DNA of 63,914 nt, filler included, from Gonapodya sp. JEL0774 (lineage: Eukaryota), in NCBI GenBank assembly GCA_027604505.1. It is 53 parts of 53 records of this genome, joined end to end, with 100 filler letters (N's around TTAATTAATTAA, not from the genome) between each part and the next. Parts side by side here need not be neighbours in the genome. Positions count along the whole stretch, not along the records: positions 48,402 to 49,504 come from JADIIX010003885.1; positions 49,605 to 50,707 come from JADIIX010003886.1; positions 50,808 to 51,909 come from JADIIX010003887.1; positions 52,010 to 53,111 come from JADIIX010003888.1; positions 53,212 to 54,313 come from JADIIX010003889.1; positions 54,414 to 55,514 come from JADIIX010003890.1; positions 55,615 to 56,715 come from JADIIX010003891.1; positions 56,816 to 57,916 come from JADIIX010003892.1; 45 more parts are not named here. One strand, 5' to 3'. The notes beneath the pieces were generated by a model. It did not search any database and was not told the origin of the DNA. It saw only the letters and a list, made by a program, of their open reading frames with translations. The position numbers and the translations under genes are program-made. Of this stretch, positions 48,402 to 61,616 are shown piece by piece. The stretch's first letter is position 1, and each line of letters begins with the position of its first letter.

Positions 48402-49504
48402 ACCCACCGCCCTCCACCTCCCCCGCAAGCACCCCCTTCACCCCTTCGACGACCTCGACCCCTTACACCACCTCGCCCGCAAGTACGACGCGTCCCTGGC
48501 CGTGGTCGGCACGCACTCCAAGAAACGCCCGCATGCGATCACGTTTGTGAGGTGCTTTGACGGGGAGGTCATGGATATGGTCGAAGTGGGGGTCAGGGGG
48601 TGGGAGGCGATGGAGGAGTTTAAGGTGGGTTGGTGCGGGCGGGGCGGGGGAGGGCATGGACATGGACTCGGCATCGACGACGACAACGACGACGATCCAC
48701 ATGCGCGCCTACCGCACCTCGTTGCTGAAAGTGGACGGCGTGAAGCAGATTCCCCGGGTGGAACTCGACGAGATGGGACCCCGGTGCGAGATGGTGGTCG
48801 GGAGGTGGAGGCAGGCGGACGCGGAGAGGTGGAAGGAGGCCACCAGGGTGCCCAAGGAGGTCAAGGTGGGTGGTGGGTCGAGGAGGGGTACGGGGCAGGG
48901 GGACTGTGGGAAGGGAAAATGGTTGGGTCAGGGTGGGGTTGTGTGGGGTTGGAGTGGTTTTCAAAAGCAGAGAGTTGTGGATGGTATGGTGTGGGCACCG
49001 GGATGAGTCAGAGTGGGTGCCGTACCGGATTGCGCAAGGACCCACTTGTCGTGGTGAAATGATTCTCTCACACGTCACACCCTTCGGAGCCCGATCAGCG
49101 TGGAAAGTTTGCACGGTTTTTCGTTGTCGGAACGAGGCGTATTACCCTTGGTGTCGGTCGCGGTACGGGGGTGCGGTGTCGGGTGTTTCGCGCGTCGTGC
49201 CTCGCTGTTCCGTCGCAACCCGCCAAACCCTGTCGCTCACCCACATCCCACATCGCACATCGCACATTCCACATCCCCCTCCCTTCAACCCCCGCCCCAC
49301 TCCACAACCCCCCCCCCACCCCCCACCCCCCCCAGAACATCTCCGCCAAGACCAAGAACATCACTCACACCCCGCTGGGCGACCGCATGGGCACGGTCCA
49401 CATGCGCCCGCAGCGGCTGGACAAGCTCGAGTTACGGAAGATGAAGGCGTTTCGTAAGGGGGGTGGGCAGCCCAAGGCGGGGGCGGCGGTGGGGGTGGCA
49501 GAAG
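48402..49504 (+). CDS. RPF2: Brix-domain ribosome biogenesis factor Rpf2 (partial; central block apparently missing)
   Basis: HPFDD, KYDASL..VGTHSKKRPH, FDGEVMDMVE, PRVELDEMGPR, KNI....LGDRMGTVHM..Q.LDKL..RKMKA. Confidence 0.9.
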
Positions 49505-50009
49505 NNNNNNNNNNNNNNNNNNNNNNNNNNNNNNNNNNNNNNNNNNNNTTAATTAATTAANNNNNNNNNNNNNNNNNNNNNNNNNNNNNNNNNNNNNNNN
49601 NNNNGCTAGCTATAGTGGCCATGGTGAGTTCATCACCTCCTTAGTCGCTCCTGTCTTCCACATTGACAAGGCATCATCACATCCTTGAAACGCAGCTCGT
49701 CCTGGTCTTTGTCCGGTTGCAAGGAGACAGTCTTGCCAGAAAATATCCCTTTTCTCCTCCTAGGGCGCCACTGAATGCTAGTGATTCGAGCGCTTCTGGC
49801 GTTGTTGGGGAATCTAGCCAGGAAACTTTGGGGAGAAAGCCAAGCACAGGGAAAGGGGGGAAGAAGCTCTGATTTGCTCTTGTTCACGTCTTATCAACTA
49901 CGTTTTCAATTATTGCATGTTCTAAACTTTCTGAAATTGGCAATTCATTGGGCAACGCGATCCAGGGGTTGTGCCGGGTACGTTGCCGGTGATTATTAAC
50001 ACTTTCTCC

Positions 50010-50707
<698 letters not shown>

Positions 50708-50807
50708 NNNNNNNNNNNNNNNNNNNNNNNNNNNNNNNNNNNNNNNNNNNNTTAATTAATTAANNNNNNNNNNNNNNNNNNNNNNNNNNNNNNNNNNNNN
50801 NNNNNNN

Positions 50808-51284
50808 GCTTTGGCTCTCCAACCGCACTGGCTCGGTGACGCCGCATGGAACAGCATTCGCGGAGTCATGGGTGTCGAGGGGCTGTTTGACATGCCATTC
50901 CTCGTCAAGACGTGGCCGTCGTACCGGGACTTTGTCGAAATGGCTCTCGGCGCCGAGGACAGCGGATCGTGGCGAACAGCTTCCCCTCAATTCATGAACC
51001 TTCCTGCTGGACGTACATTACCCATGTACTGGGTCGTTCATTCTCCGGAGGATGAACTCGTCGATCAAGATCAGCCGCTCCGTTTCTTCGAGCATTTGAA
51101 AACCCAGCTCGGACAGACTCCGGGAGAAGACCGCATCTTCGATGCAGTGGAGAGCAAACGCATCCACTTGAACATGTCCATGGCGAACAAACACTTTGAG
51201 ATGCTTAAAGAGCAACGCTTCTTGGACTTGTGCGTGGACTTTGTCCAGACGGGGGAGACTTTGGCACCGAATCGTTCAAAGTAA
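50808..51284 (+). CDS. Kynurenine formamidase-like (BNA7/AFMID) alpha/beta hydrolase, C-terminus
   Basis: GVEGLFD, WRTASP, VVHSPEDELVD..Q, KHFEML. Confidence 0.72.
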   Translation, partial: ALALQPHWLGDAAWNSIRGVMGVEGLFDMPFLVKTWPSYRDFVEMALGAEDSGSWRTASPQFMNLPAGRTLPMYWVVHSPEDELVDQDQPLRFFEHLKTQLGQTPGEDRIFDAVESKRIHLNMSMANKHFEMLKEQRFLDLCVDFVQTGETLAPNRSK

Positions 51285-51459
51285 ATCTATTGGTTCAGTG
51301 TCAACAAACAAATCACGTGTATGAACTTTACTTGGTATAACATACGAAATACTAAATTGAAGAGACCAATAAGATGCATTTTTCTTCACTCAAATCGTGG
51401 TTTTGGTCCAATTGCACCGTTCGAAAAACACCCGTCAGTTCGCCCATCCCTTCCCCACC

Positions 51460-51909
51460 CTACACCGCCATCGTCTTCACCCTCCCATCGCTCACCGCCG
51501 CCCTCACGGTCCCCCACCGACTATCCACCCTCGACCCCCCCCTCAGCGCCCTGTACACCGACGCCCCGGACCTGACCGACTCCCCGTCGTCGTCGTTGTT
51601 GGACAACTGGGCTCGGGCGATGTCTCCGGCACTCAGGACGGGGACGATGGGGATGGAAATGTGGTGGGAGGATCCGGTGGCGGTCGCACCATTTGGCGCT
51701 GCGTCGGGGAGCTTGTCGTTCGTACGAGGGTCTGAGGAGACGGTCTTTGTGAGCAGTGCATCGTCTGGTGGAGCACGCTTTCCCGGGAACACCCGTCGAC
51801 GGAACGAGGTGATGATTCCCGTTTCTCTGATCTTGCCGTAGAAAGAAAACAGAGGTGCAATTGCGGCTATATTGATCGTGGATGCGGATGAATTCCAACT
51901 CATGAGAAG
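51460..51909 (-). CDS. C-terminus of hypothetical protein, convergent with the hydrolase
   Basis: Frame open from the fragment edge to a stop at 51460. Confidence 0.35.
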   Translation of the reverse strand, partial: LLMSWNSSASTINIAAIAPLFSFYGKIRETGIITSFRRRVFPGKRAPPDDALLTKTVSSDPRTNDKLPDAAPNGATATGSSHHISIPIVPVLSAGDIARAQLSNNDDDGESVRSGASVYRALRGGSRVDSRWGTVRAAVSDGRVKTMAV

Positions 51910-52225
51910 NNNNNNNNNNNNNNNNNNNNNNNNNNNNNNNNNNNNNNNNNNNNTTAATTAATTAANNNNNNNNNNNNNNNNNNNNNNNNNNNNNNNNNNN
52001 NNNNNNNNNCGTGTGTGGTGACAGGTCGGGAGGGAGAGAGAAACAGCGATAATAAATAAAATTCACCCCCCAATTCCCACATTCGATTCCTGTTATGCTC
52101 TTTGGACTATTGGGTACACAGGGCGTACTGACGTCATCGCCGCCTCCACTCCCACACACTCCACAACCCCTCACATTCTCACATTCTGACATTCCCCCAT
52201 ACATCCCCAACCTGCAAACCGTTGA

Positions 52226-52270
52226 CCCCTTGGTCCCCTTGGTCCCCTTGGTCCCCTTGGTCCCCTTGGT
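52226..52270. repeat. Perfect 9-bp tandem repeat (CCCCTTGGT)x5
   Basis: Directly visible. Confidence 0.95.
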
Positions 52271-53211
52271 CCGTCCGTGAGTGTGAGTGAACTGCCCCCA
52301 GCGTGCGCCAACATCGACTCCCGCTTTTCCCTCCACCACAATCCTCCCACACCACTTTCATCGCCCCTCTACTTTTGCTCACCGATCGCCTTCATTTCTC
52401 TCACTTGCCACGTGCCGTCGCCCATCCCCATCCCCACATTCACGCATGTCGCACCACTCCACCACATCTCCACACCAAGCTCCACCACCACCCACCCACC
52501 CCACCACAACCCCGCCACCGCCTTGGGCACTGACCCTCAACCCTTGGTCCTGCACACACGAAAACACGAAGCACCATCTGTACCTACCGCACGTACGCAC
52601 GCTCGGGTGGGGGGGGTGGAGTGTGGACTGTAGCCTAGTTGGTCGTGTCTGTGTTCCTTCATTCCCTTTCCGTTCCCCCACCTACCCGACCTCGGACTGG
52701 TTTCTTCCATCTACCCCTTCTATTCCGACTCAGACCATCCCACGCCCACCACCGCCGTGCCACCACCCACCAGCCGTGACTGGTGACTCATGACTGCTGG
52801 GCGCGCTGCCCAAACACACATCCCCTGCCCCCTGCCCCATTCCACGCATCCGTGCTCCAGCCTCCGGCACCGTTCATCCGTCCCGCAATCCGTGGACCCA
52901 TGACCAACAAACGCGTGACTGCCCGAAATGCCAAAAAGGGGTCTCGGGTCCCACCGGGGTGGACAATTTGCATCGCTCCTTATCACCTGGGTGCTGTCGG
53001 GACTCGGGGGCGTTCGGCCTTCCCTGCTCTTCCCTGCCTTTTCCTGCCATCCATTCACACCTCCACCGCTCAGCAGTCGGCAGGTCGGCAACTCGGCACT
53101 CGACCCCGTCCNNNNNNNNNNNNNNNNNNNNNNNNNNNNNNNNNNNNNNNNNNNNTTAATTAATTAANNNNNNNNNNNNNNNNNNNNNNNNNNNNNNNNN
53201 NNNNNNNNNNN

Positions 53212-53492
53212 TCTGCACGGACGCGAGCTGCCCTACTGCGGCAAACGCCACCTGCGACTTGTATGCTGCCGCCCTCGGTACACAATCCTCCTCCGCGTCC
53301 GGATCTGCGACAGGGGCCCCCGCTTCGGCCACCAAGAGTCCAGCGTCCTCGACTGCAGCAGCGTCACCCAGTGCTACGAGTGCCGCTGCATCTCCCACTC
53401 CAAAGGCCGGTGGAGCGGTGGGTTTCAAGGTGGGCAAGGAAGAGGTGGTGGTGTCGCTCGTACTCGGGTTCGTGGTGATGATGATGATGTAA
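53212..53492 (+). CDS. Probable GPI-anchored cell-surface protein, C-terminus
   Basis: Cys-containing tail, Ser/Thr/Ala linker, small residues (AGGA) and a hydrophobic end VVVSLVLGFVVMMMM. Confidence 0.7.
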
Positions 53493-53676
53493 GGGTGTGA
53501 GGGAAACATCAAACGATAGCGAATTTTAGAGTACTTCTTTTTATTATCATGTGCGAGCTATACTTGACTAGGTGCTATTGAAATCAAAATTGGAGTTTAT
53601 GCTGATCAAATGATGCCAGTCTTTCTCAACATACACTCTTGCACAGTCCGAAGTCAGCTGTCACTCCTCAATTCCT

Positions 53677-53714
53677 TCCTTGTGCAGAGCATCAATCCTT
53701 GTGCAGAGCATCAA
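53677..53714. repeat. 19-bp perfect tandem duplication TCCTTGTGCAGAGCATCAA
   Basis: Directly visible. Confidence 0.9.
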
Positions 53715-54529
53715 CGCACTAGACCTTTCCAACGTTTGGAAATGAAACCGATTCCAAGTTCCCAGTTCGCAATATACAATCTCACATCACCTCCTCTCTC
53801 CTCTAATCTTGGGTGTTCAATACCGGAAAAGCTGTTTCTTCGCTCCGGGAACAAACATTTCGCAGGTGTTGCTCCAGTCATCCCGCAGAACGAAGCAGAA
53901 GTACACTTGCAATGTGAAAGCCAGGTGAGACAGCAGCTGGATGCGTTCTCTCCAACTCATTTCTCATCATGTTACGGCTGAACGTTGGGAGAACTGGATG
54001 ATGGCTCTTCTGTATGGGGCTGTGTCAGTGGGCTTGGTCCCTGGACAGGCCTGATCCCTTCGGCTGAACAAGCACCGTCGTCCGCGGTTCATTCAGCGCT
54101 TTCTTGTACAAATTTCCCCACAAATGGACAAACACAAACATTCCTGCGACTTATTCCACGAGCTCGCTTCTGTGTGGACTGAATGGACCCGCCACTCAAT
54201 TCTTGCGTCATCGAATTCATCCGCCCTTGTTGTTCGTTGATCGGGCTCCTCACGGAGCTCCAAGTAGTGTCACAGCCTTCATTGGCACAGCATGGAACTT
54301 AGATCTTACTTGANNNNNNNNNNNNNNNNNNNNNNNNNNNNNNNNNNNNNNNNNNNNTTAATTAATTAANNNNNNNNNNNNNNNNNNNNNNNNNNNNNNN
54401 NNNNNNNNNNNNNTAGGATGGGAAGAGGGGATCGGATGCGGAAAGAAGGAGGAGGGATGGAACACTAGGATGAACAAAGTATTCAGAAGAGCCGACCGAC
54501 CAAAGTGAATGAATTGCAGAACATCATCG

Positions 54530-55291
54530 CACCTGACTGATCCTACAGCCACCCAACTGCCCACGACCTCTCGATACTGTCCAAGTGTAGTAAATCCATA
54601 CGCAGGGGCGAGGAGCGCAGTCTCCACATCACGAACGTTGGCCCCCTTACGAAGGACAGCATCAGGATCGATATCGAGAGATGTGTTGTAGAAGACGGCC
54701 GGAGACCTGTCCAGGAGTGTATTACTCATTAGGCACTGTTCGAGAGTGTACCAATGTCACAAAAGCGACTTACCGAGTGACGATATCTTTGATGTCCTTC
54801 AGCCACCGAGACTTCTCCGTACCACCTTCCCCGCTGGGCCATTCGCCGACATAGCTCACACCCACAAATATATTCAGTGCAAGTCCGTCATTCCCTCCCG
54901 TTGCCGAAGCATATCGTGCTGACATTCCAGCACCCTCCCGACCGATGCCCACGACAACGATGGTGGCCTCGCGGAAGCGGCGGCGAGCGGAGCCTGCCGC
55001 AAGCGCGACATCGCAAGGATAGTGGGGCGAAGAGAGGACAGGAGAGGTTGGAGGGACGGAAAGCGGAAGTCCACGTGGATGTAGTACTGCGACCGCGAAA
55101 GAAGAACACGGGAAGAGGTGTTGGACCAGTGACACAACTGGATGTACATCGCCGTCACATGCTGCCATCGAGTTTGTGGTCGGATCTCCTCGACCATAGG
55201 AGTACACAGCCAAGAAAACAACGGTAGGCTCATTTTCTACAGGTACTTTCCCATCAGTCGATGAACTGGATGGGGGGGATAGAGGAGCCAT
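54530..55291 (-). CDS. ABHD1-3/YheT/Eht1-like alpha/beta-hydrolase-fold protein lacking the catalytic Ser
   Basis: PTVVFL, VAVLHPRG, TSPVL, DV......RRF..ATIVVVGIGREG...RY, VRDVETALLAPAYGF....QY. Confidence 0.6.
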
Positions 55292-55614
55292 GTATGCTCT
55301 AGTAGACTGAACCGTGGCATGGGGGGATGCGGCGCAAGGCAGGGGAAGATGCCAGTCGAAGACAAGTGTTGCGCCATCGGGAGTTGTGAGAAGCTCTCTG
55401 TCGTTGACAGATTTGGGGAAGGGGGTGGTGTGGGGTTAGACGGGGGTGGAGAGGCGGCAGTGCGAACACGGAAAACGTGATTCAATCATTCAATTTCCGA
55501 CATGTTCCGCCAGTNNNNNNNNNNNNNNNNNNNNNNNNNNNNNNNNNNNNNNNNNNNNTTAATTAATTAANNNNNNNNNNNNNNNNNNNNNNNNNNNNNN
55601 NNNNNNNNNNNNNN

Positions 55615-56543
55615 AAACTTTACTGGAACCGCCCCGACGCCACAGCACAGACGTTTGTGGAAGGAGGGTGGTGCAAGACTGGCGATCTGGGGTACCGAGA
55701 CGCTGAAGGGTTTTACTACGCCGTTGGTGAGTATCGAGATAAGTGGGTTAAGACAATGTGTCTGGACTGCTTACGTATTTTACCATTTGGTTAACGTGGG
55801 AATAGATCGGTTAAAAGATATGCTACTGCGGTAGGTGGAGTGTAAAAGAGAGCGTTGCTGAACATGAGACTTGTGCTGACAAATCTATCACGATGAAATT
55901 TTTCCGCCGTACAGTGGTGGCGAGAATGTGTACTGCGGTAGGTTGACATGTCAATTGAGAGCTTCAGTGTGCAAAGTTAAATTATCACCACCCCATTAGT
56001 CGAAGTCGAGAACGTTCTCAACGCACACCCTGCCGTGTCGGACTCGGCTGTTGTTGTGAGTTGTTGTAGCAGTCGTCCCAAGTATCGTGGGGCGTAGTAA
56101 CAGATACGGTCATTGCTCCGCGTGCTGCAGGGCCTCCCTCACCCCACCCTCTTTGAAGAAGTCGGCGCGGCGGTGCACATTCGTCCATCTCACCAGCACC
56201 TGTTGGACAGTGCTGAGTCGCGAAATCGTTTGGAGGAGGATGTTAAGGCGTACGCAAAGAAACATCTCGGTGGATTCAAGGTGCCCGTGTTTGTCGCGAT
56301 GAAACGGGAAGAGTTGCCCCGTGAGTTGCGATGTTAATTGATGGTAACTTGTAAAGTGCGAGCTGAACATAACACAATGTCTCCAACCACGAAGGAAATG
56401 CGAACGGTAAGCTCATGAAGAAAGAGATCAAAGATATCGTGAACAGAGAGTGGGATGCGGTCAAGACTGAGAGAGGAATTCCTGCAACAGGCGCGACTCA
56501 CACATCGCATGACCCACGCCCACACGCGACCTCGAAATTGTAG
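55615..56543 (+). CDS. Peroxisomal AMP-dependent acyl-CoA synthetase, C-terminal part (ends SKL)
   Basis: YWNRPDAT, WCKTGDLG, DRLKDMLLR/GGENVYC/VEVENVL..HPAV, FKVP, LP/RNANGKLMK; final exon ends ...ATSKL-stop. Confidence 0.92.
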
Positions 56544-56815
56544 GCGATGGTGTCGTCTCTTACAGTAATATGTATAGACCTATAAGTATAGAATCAAATG
56601 TCACATTATTATAACGATCAATTTCGACCTTCTTGTATTCGGTCTCACTGGCTTTCATGCGTGGAGAACAAACGTGACAGTCACAGGTATTTTGTCGTCA
56701 TTTGCTCGATGTTTANNNNNNNNNNNNNNNNNNNNNNNNNNNNNNNNNNNNNNNNNNNNTTAATTAATTAANNNNNNNNNNNNNNNNNNNNNNNNNNNNN
56801 NNNNNNNNNNNNNNN

Positions 56816-57420
56816 GCCGACAGCGGCCAGAAGGACAACACCTCCGACGACTCCACCAGCAATAGCAGCAACGGGCGTTGAAGAGTCACTTGGAGCCGGT
56901 GAAATTCCTTGGACGGTCGACGGGTTGGTGCTGGCTGGTGGGGCGTTCACGCTCGCGCTGGATGCTACTGCAGAAGAGAGGGGGATGCTGCTGCTCACGT
57001 ATACCGGCGCTGAGCTCGAAAGGACTCCCGATGAAGTCGCCATCGATGAGCTCATGGAGGTTGTCGGAACGCTTGATGTGGACGATGCGAGGACAGTTGA
57101 AATCGTTCTCGACGAAGACGCGCTAGAACTGGTCGAGGCTGAGGTTGCGGGGCAGTAGACGGACGACCAGCCACCATATTTAACCTAGGTCCACACGCGA
57201 CGTTGTGAGAGCAGTCCATAACGATAGCAATCTTGAAGATCTCACGTAGTAAGTACTGCACCCTATACTGTCGAGAAACGAGTCTGAGAACCCGCAGACC
57301 TGATTCACCTCGTTGAGAAATTCGACTGTAGACGAACTGGTCATTCCGAATACTACATATAGGCATGTGGTGTATAACGTGAGCTGTGGAAAAAGATGCG
57401 TGCGAAAGTTAATGGTGAGG
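56816..57420 (-). CDS. Type I membrane protein with Cys-containing head, Ser/Thr-rich stalk and TM (Mid2/Wsc-like layout)
   Basis: Ser/Thr tract followed by AAIAGGVVGGVVLLAAVG. Confidence 0.65.
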
Positions 57421-58015
57421 TTTGTACTACCGCCCAGACAGCGACCCGCTCGTTGCACCGGAAAGCAAGGCAAGACTTACTTGAGAGCTCGAGCAGAGAG
57501 CGGTTCGGACATAGTTGGAGCAGTTCGTAGGCGATGTGGAGATGCTGAAAGGTGGAGTAACCGAGACGGTGCAATAAGGGTGAAGTGCATTCGCAAATCG
57601 CAACGGTGAGCACCAGCTTTCCAAACTCATCTCACCACACAGAGGAAAATGAGACACAAGGTCCGCAATCAACCGCACGCCTTTTGAGCGCAAGGTCCGA
57701 TGAAGTCGAGGCGTGTGATAGGTCTGTTTCATATCCGGATGGGAAACTTCGCGGCACTGAACGCGAAGACCGTGATCAGAGATGTGTGTTTCTGGGGCAC
57801 GGCTGGGACAGCGAATACAAACAACACTCACGTGGAAGGTCACCGAGAACGGTTGGTGTGCTCGTTAAGGCGAGTCCGAAGAGGAAGAACAAGGGGACAG
57901 ACACGAACGTGGAGTGNNNNNNNNNNNNNNNNNNNNNNNNNNNNNNNNNNNNNNNNNNNNTTAATTAATTAANNNNNNNNNNNNNNNNNNNNNNNNNNNN
58001 NNNNNNNNNNNNNNN

Positions 58016-58362
58016 NCAAGTCTACCGACCAAATCTTCCGAATCGCTGAGCTCTTTCACTCCAGCCGTCAATTTTCCACCGGCTCTGTATTTCTCACCGC
58101 TCCTCGTTTCTGTCCATCGGCTGTCTTCACCACCGGCAACGCTCATCACGTCAAGCAAGTCCAAATCGTCCGCATCCTCAGGAACCAGCGCTGAAATGTC
58201 CGCATCCTCGATCTCCATCAGCACGTCCGCCTCATTTTGCCGCCCAATCGCCGAGCTCGGGCGATAATACCCGGCCCCGGGTCCCAAATGTCCACCGATC
58301 GGAGTGCCCGCTCTGTTCCTTTTATCGCTGGCAAGTCGGGTGCTCATCGTGGCATCTGGCAA
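58016..58362 (-). CDS. Hypothetical protein N-terminus
   Basis: ATG-started frame open to the fragment edge. Confidence 0.35.
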
Positions 58363-59216
58363 AAGAAAGAACTAGGGGTAGGAAATAGAAGGATGACGTG
58401 GGCGATTACGTGCGATTGACCCCGATTCAACTTGTGATTGTGTTGTTCCTTTGTTTGGTGGGTGCTTGGAGAGCTGTGGTCACGCCCTGTCAAACCTCTG
58501 CACCTCGCACTGTCCACCAAATCCCCATGTACATCACGAAGTATCTCAGATACTTTTTGAGGTGAATCGCTAATCGAGAGTGTAGTGCGGATCTTCATGC
58601 GTCGGTGGAGCAATATAGACCTCCTCAACCGTCCTCTCTAAGTCACTTGAACTGCATCAACGAGACCGGCGTTACAGGCACTGCAGTATGCATGTACATG
58701 GTAAGCTCGCATCGTTGCATATATTGTTAAGCTCTTCGTTAGTTAATGAGTTTCGGACATATTGATGGTCTTCTAACTCGGCTTGCTCTCAGCAGTCAGC
58801 AAAACTACTCATGCACGAGACAGAACATCAGAGGTCTAGATTCCCCCCTCCACGATTTCGAAAAATCAGCCCTAGTGTGTGAAGCAGTGCAAGTTTGAGC
58901 TCACGTTATAAGGGACAACCAAGTTGGTGCGGGGAGGAACTGGGGCGAACAAGGACCTGCAGACAAAGCCACTGCCTAGAGAGAAGTGAATTGTAGTGGG
59001 GCTGTCACTACGTATCCGTCTCAGCCCTCTATGATGGGATGGTGGCCTAGTAATAGGCCCGGAATGTGAGATGATGTGAAGTGTGATCTTATTGTGTGGT
59101 GCTAGTTATGCCTTATNNNNNNNNNNNNNNNNNNNNNNNNNNNNNNNNNNNNNNNNNNNNTTAATTAATTAANNNNNNNNNNNNNNNNNNNNNNNNNNNN
59201 NNNNNNNNNNNNNNNN

Positions 59217-60316
59217 TCCACCCCGCGGCGGTAACTCATCAGCGTCTTCAGCGCTGTCCACGTGCGGTCCATCTTCCCTGCCGCATGGTCCACACAGGGC
59301 ATCTGGCACCGGATCATGAGGCGGCAGCCGTGTAGCGTGACCTGCCCTTCCGGTGTCGAGCCGATGCGAACGACCTTCCACTGGTCCTCGGCGTACGCGT
59401 CGCTGCCTTCGACGACAATATTGGGACGCACGTTGCGGGCATCGAGTGTTGGGAGGTCTGGGTTTCGCTCATGAATGCGGCGGTCAAAGTCGGAGATGGA
59501 CGCGGCAGTGCAGACCAGCAACGGAGTGAGGTCTGGAAACGCGGTCTGCCGAACACGTTCATCATTGCGAAAAGGGGGTGCACCAAATCGGAGAAATCTC
59601 ACCTGACTCCACCCCTTCAAATCATCCGGCAAGTACTTTCGGTCCGAATACCGCGGTGTTGCTGTATCTTTCACACACAAGCGAACACCATGGAGAGGAT
59701 AGAGGTACTTGGAAAGCCAGGTGGACGCTTCTTCACCCTCGTCAAAGGCCCAAACGGATTCTGTGGTAATATAATGAGCGTTTGCGATCTTTGTAACTTT
59801 GTTCGGTAACCAAACAGAATCAACCAACCTACCTTCGAAGACAAGAGCCGGGTAGGACGAGTCGTCTTGTTTCGGCCTATCCCGAATTTTGAATAAATCA
59901 TTACGTAAATCAGATGGTGAGACAATCAGAAGGTTGCTTGGACTCACTCTCTTGGAAATCGAACTCTCAGCTCCTCCTCCATACCAGGCGCCTTCAGCAC
60001 GAGCCATCCCTTACGATGCCACCCCAAGCGGGTCTTGTCGCTACTCTCCGTCGTCGAATCCACCCATCCTTCGCTGTCGTCGAACTCTAGACGTGTTTCG
60101 ATAAGAGCGAGGGCAGGATACTCCCGCTGGGTGAGAAACTTGTAAGAGCGATCACTGGTTCACATGTCACAGATGTTAAATGGTTGAGTACGCATGATCG
60201 CGTTGGCAAGCTGTGAAACCTTACGTTAGGAGCCACATCCTGTCAAACTCCAGACTGTAATCGTCCAAGCGAGCCTCTTGAAGGGCTATGCCTTTGCATG
60301 ACTTGACAGGGTAAAC
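59217..60316 (-). CDS. MOSC-domain protein (mARC-like)
   Basis: VYPVKSCKG, FDRMW, FLTQRE.PAL, DEGEEASTWLS, AFPD..PLL, RPNIVVEG..AYAEDQW, IRCQMP. Confidence 0.92.
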
Positions 60317-61616
60317 NNNNNNNNNNNNNNNNNNNNNNNNNNNNNNNNNNNNNNNNNNNNTTAATTAATTAANNNNNNNNNNNNNNNNNNNNNNNNNNNN
60401 NNNNNNNNNNNNNNNNGCACCACTCGACCGGCCGAACCTCCAGCGAGAGTTTCCATTCGACCGCACCGTTAGGCAGCGAGCCAGCCGCCCGTCGTATCAT
60501 GAACGCGTCCGAGAACGGTGTCCATGTTGAACCCGGAGAAGAGCACTCCCTTGGCACCACGACGGGGGCGATTAACGGACATGGTCAGCATCCCGTAACT
60601 CCCGGAGCCGGAGGACCTCCCGGATTATCACGAGCGGCCCAACTCGCTAGCTTGCCGAGTCCCATGGTGGGACAAGGTGCGGGTGCGTCGAACGGACCGG
60701 TTCGGGACACGCTGATGATGAACGGAGAGATGTTGTTCAATTTGCTGGGTAGGCCGGTGTGAAGAGGGCAGATGCATCGCGATGGTATGTTCTGGGGGTC
60801 ACACTAGGGATGGCGATGGATGGCATTGTGTCGCCGATCGAGGAAGCGCCGGGTATGTATGTAATGTGCACAATCTTGTAATTTTGTCACAGAGGCGGGA
60901 TCATGGCATTCTTGTATACAGAACTAACACGATGAGGAAAGAAAGGACGGGAACAAACAGAGAATCATACAAAAGAAAGTAAAAAATCATATTGCTGGTC
61001 GATCAGAGAGACACGACTGGGCTCAGAGGCGCAGCTCATGACTGAGTCCGTTCCTACACACGCTATCATTAAAGGCATTGTGTAATGCAGAAGAGATCGA
61101 TCCATTCAGATTTCTGGTGCATCAGGGCAATCCAGAATTTAGAAGACAGCTGTAGTGGAACAAGCAGATATTTCCTGTCAATCTATGAGCAACTAGTGAT
61201 GCGCGTATCATGTACGCTGCCCTTTGACAAGTATCGATATCGCCACCATAATACAGAACCCACAAATTCTCATAGACAATACTTTGTACCTAGAGCGGCA
61301 AAGATATCTCGAATCATTTCCTGGAGTTAAATGTTTACAGTGAGAATTCCGAACAAGGCAAACATTCCAATCACTTGATGTCGTCGGAGCTTCGTCACCC
61401 CTCTCCATGTCCGCAATTGGCAATACTATGTCACTGTTTCCACCCTACAATCGGGGACGGAAGCCAGCTACATGAGTTAGCTTGGACCGCTCTACTGGCT
61501 ATGTGGACATCATCATNNNNNNNNNNNNNNNNNNNNNNNNNNNNNNNNNNNNNNNNNNNNTTAATTAATTAANNNNNNNNNNNNNNNNNNNNNNNNNNNN
61601 NNNNNNNNNNNNNNNN

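Noticed and set aside
52226..52270. (CCCCTTGGT)5 as a telomere or collagen-like coding repeat
   Set aside because: Only five internal units, with no supported ORF or chromosome-end context
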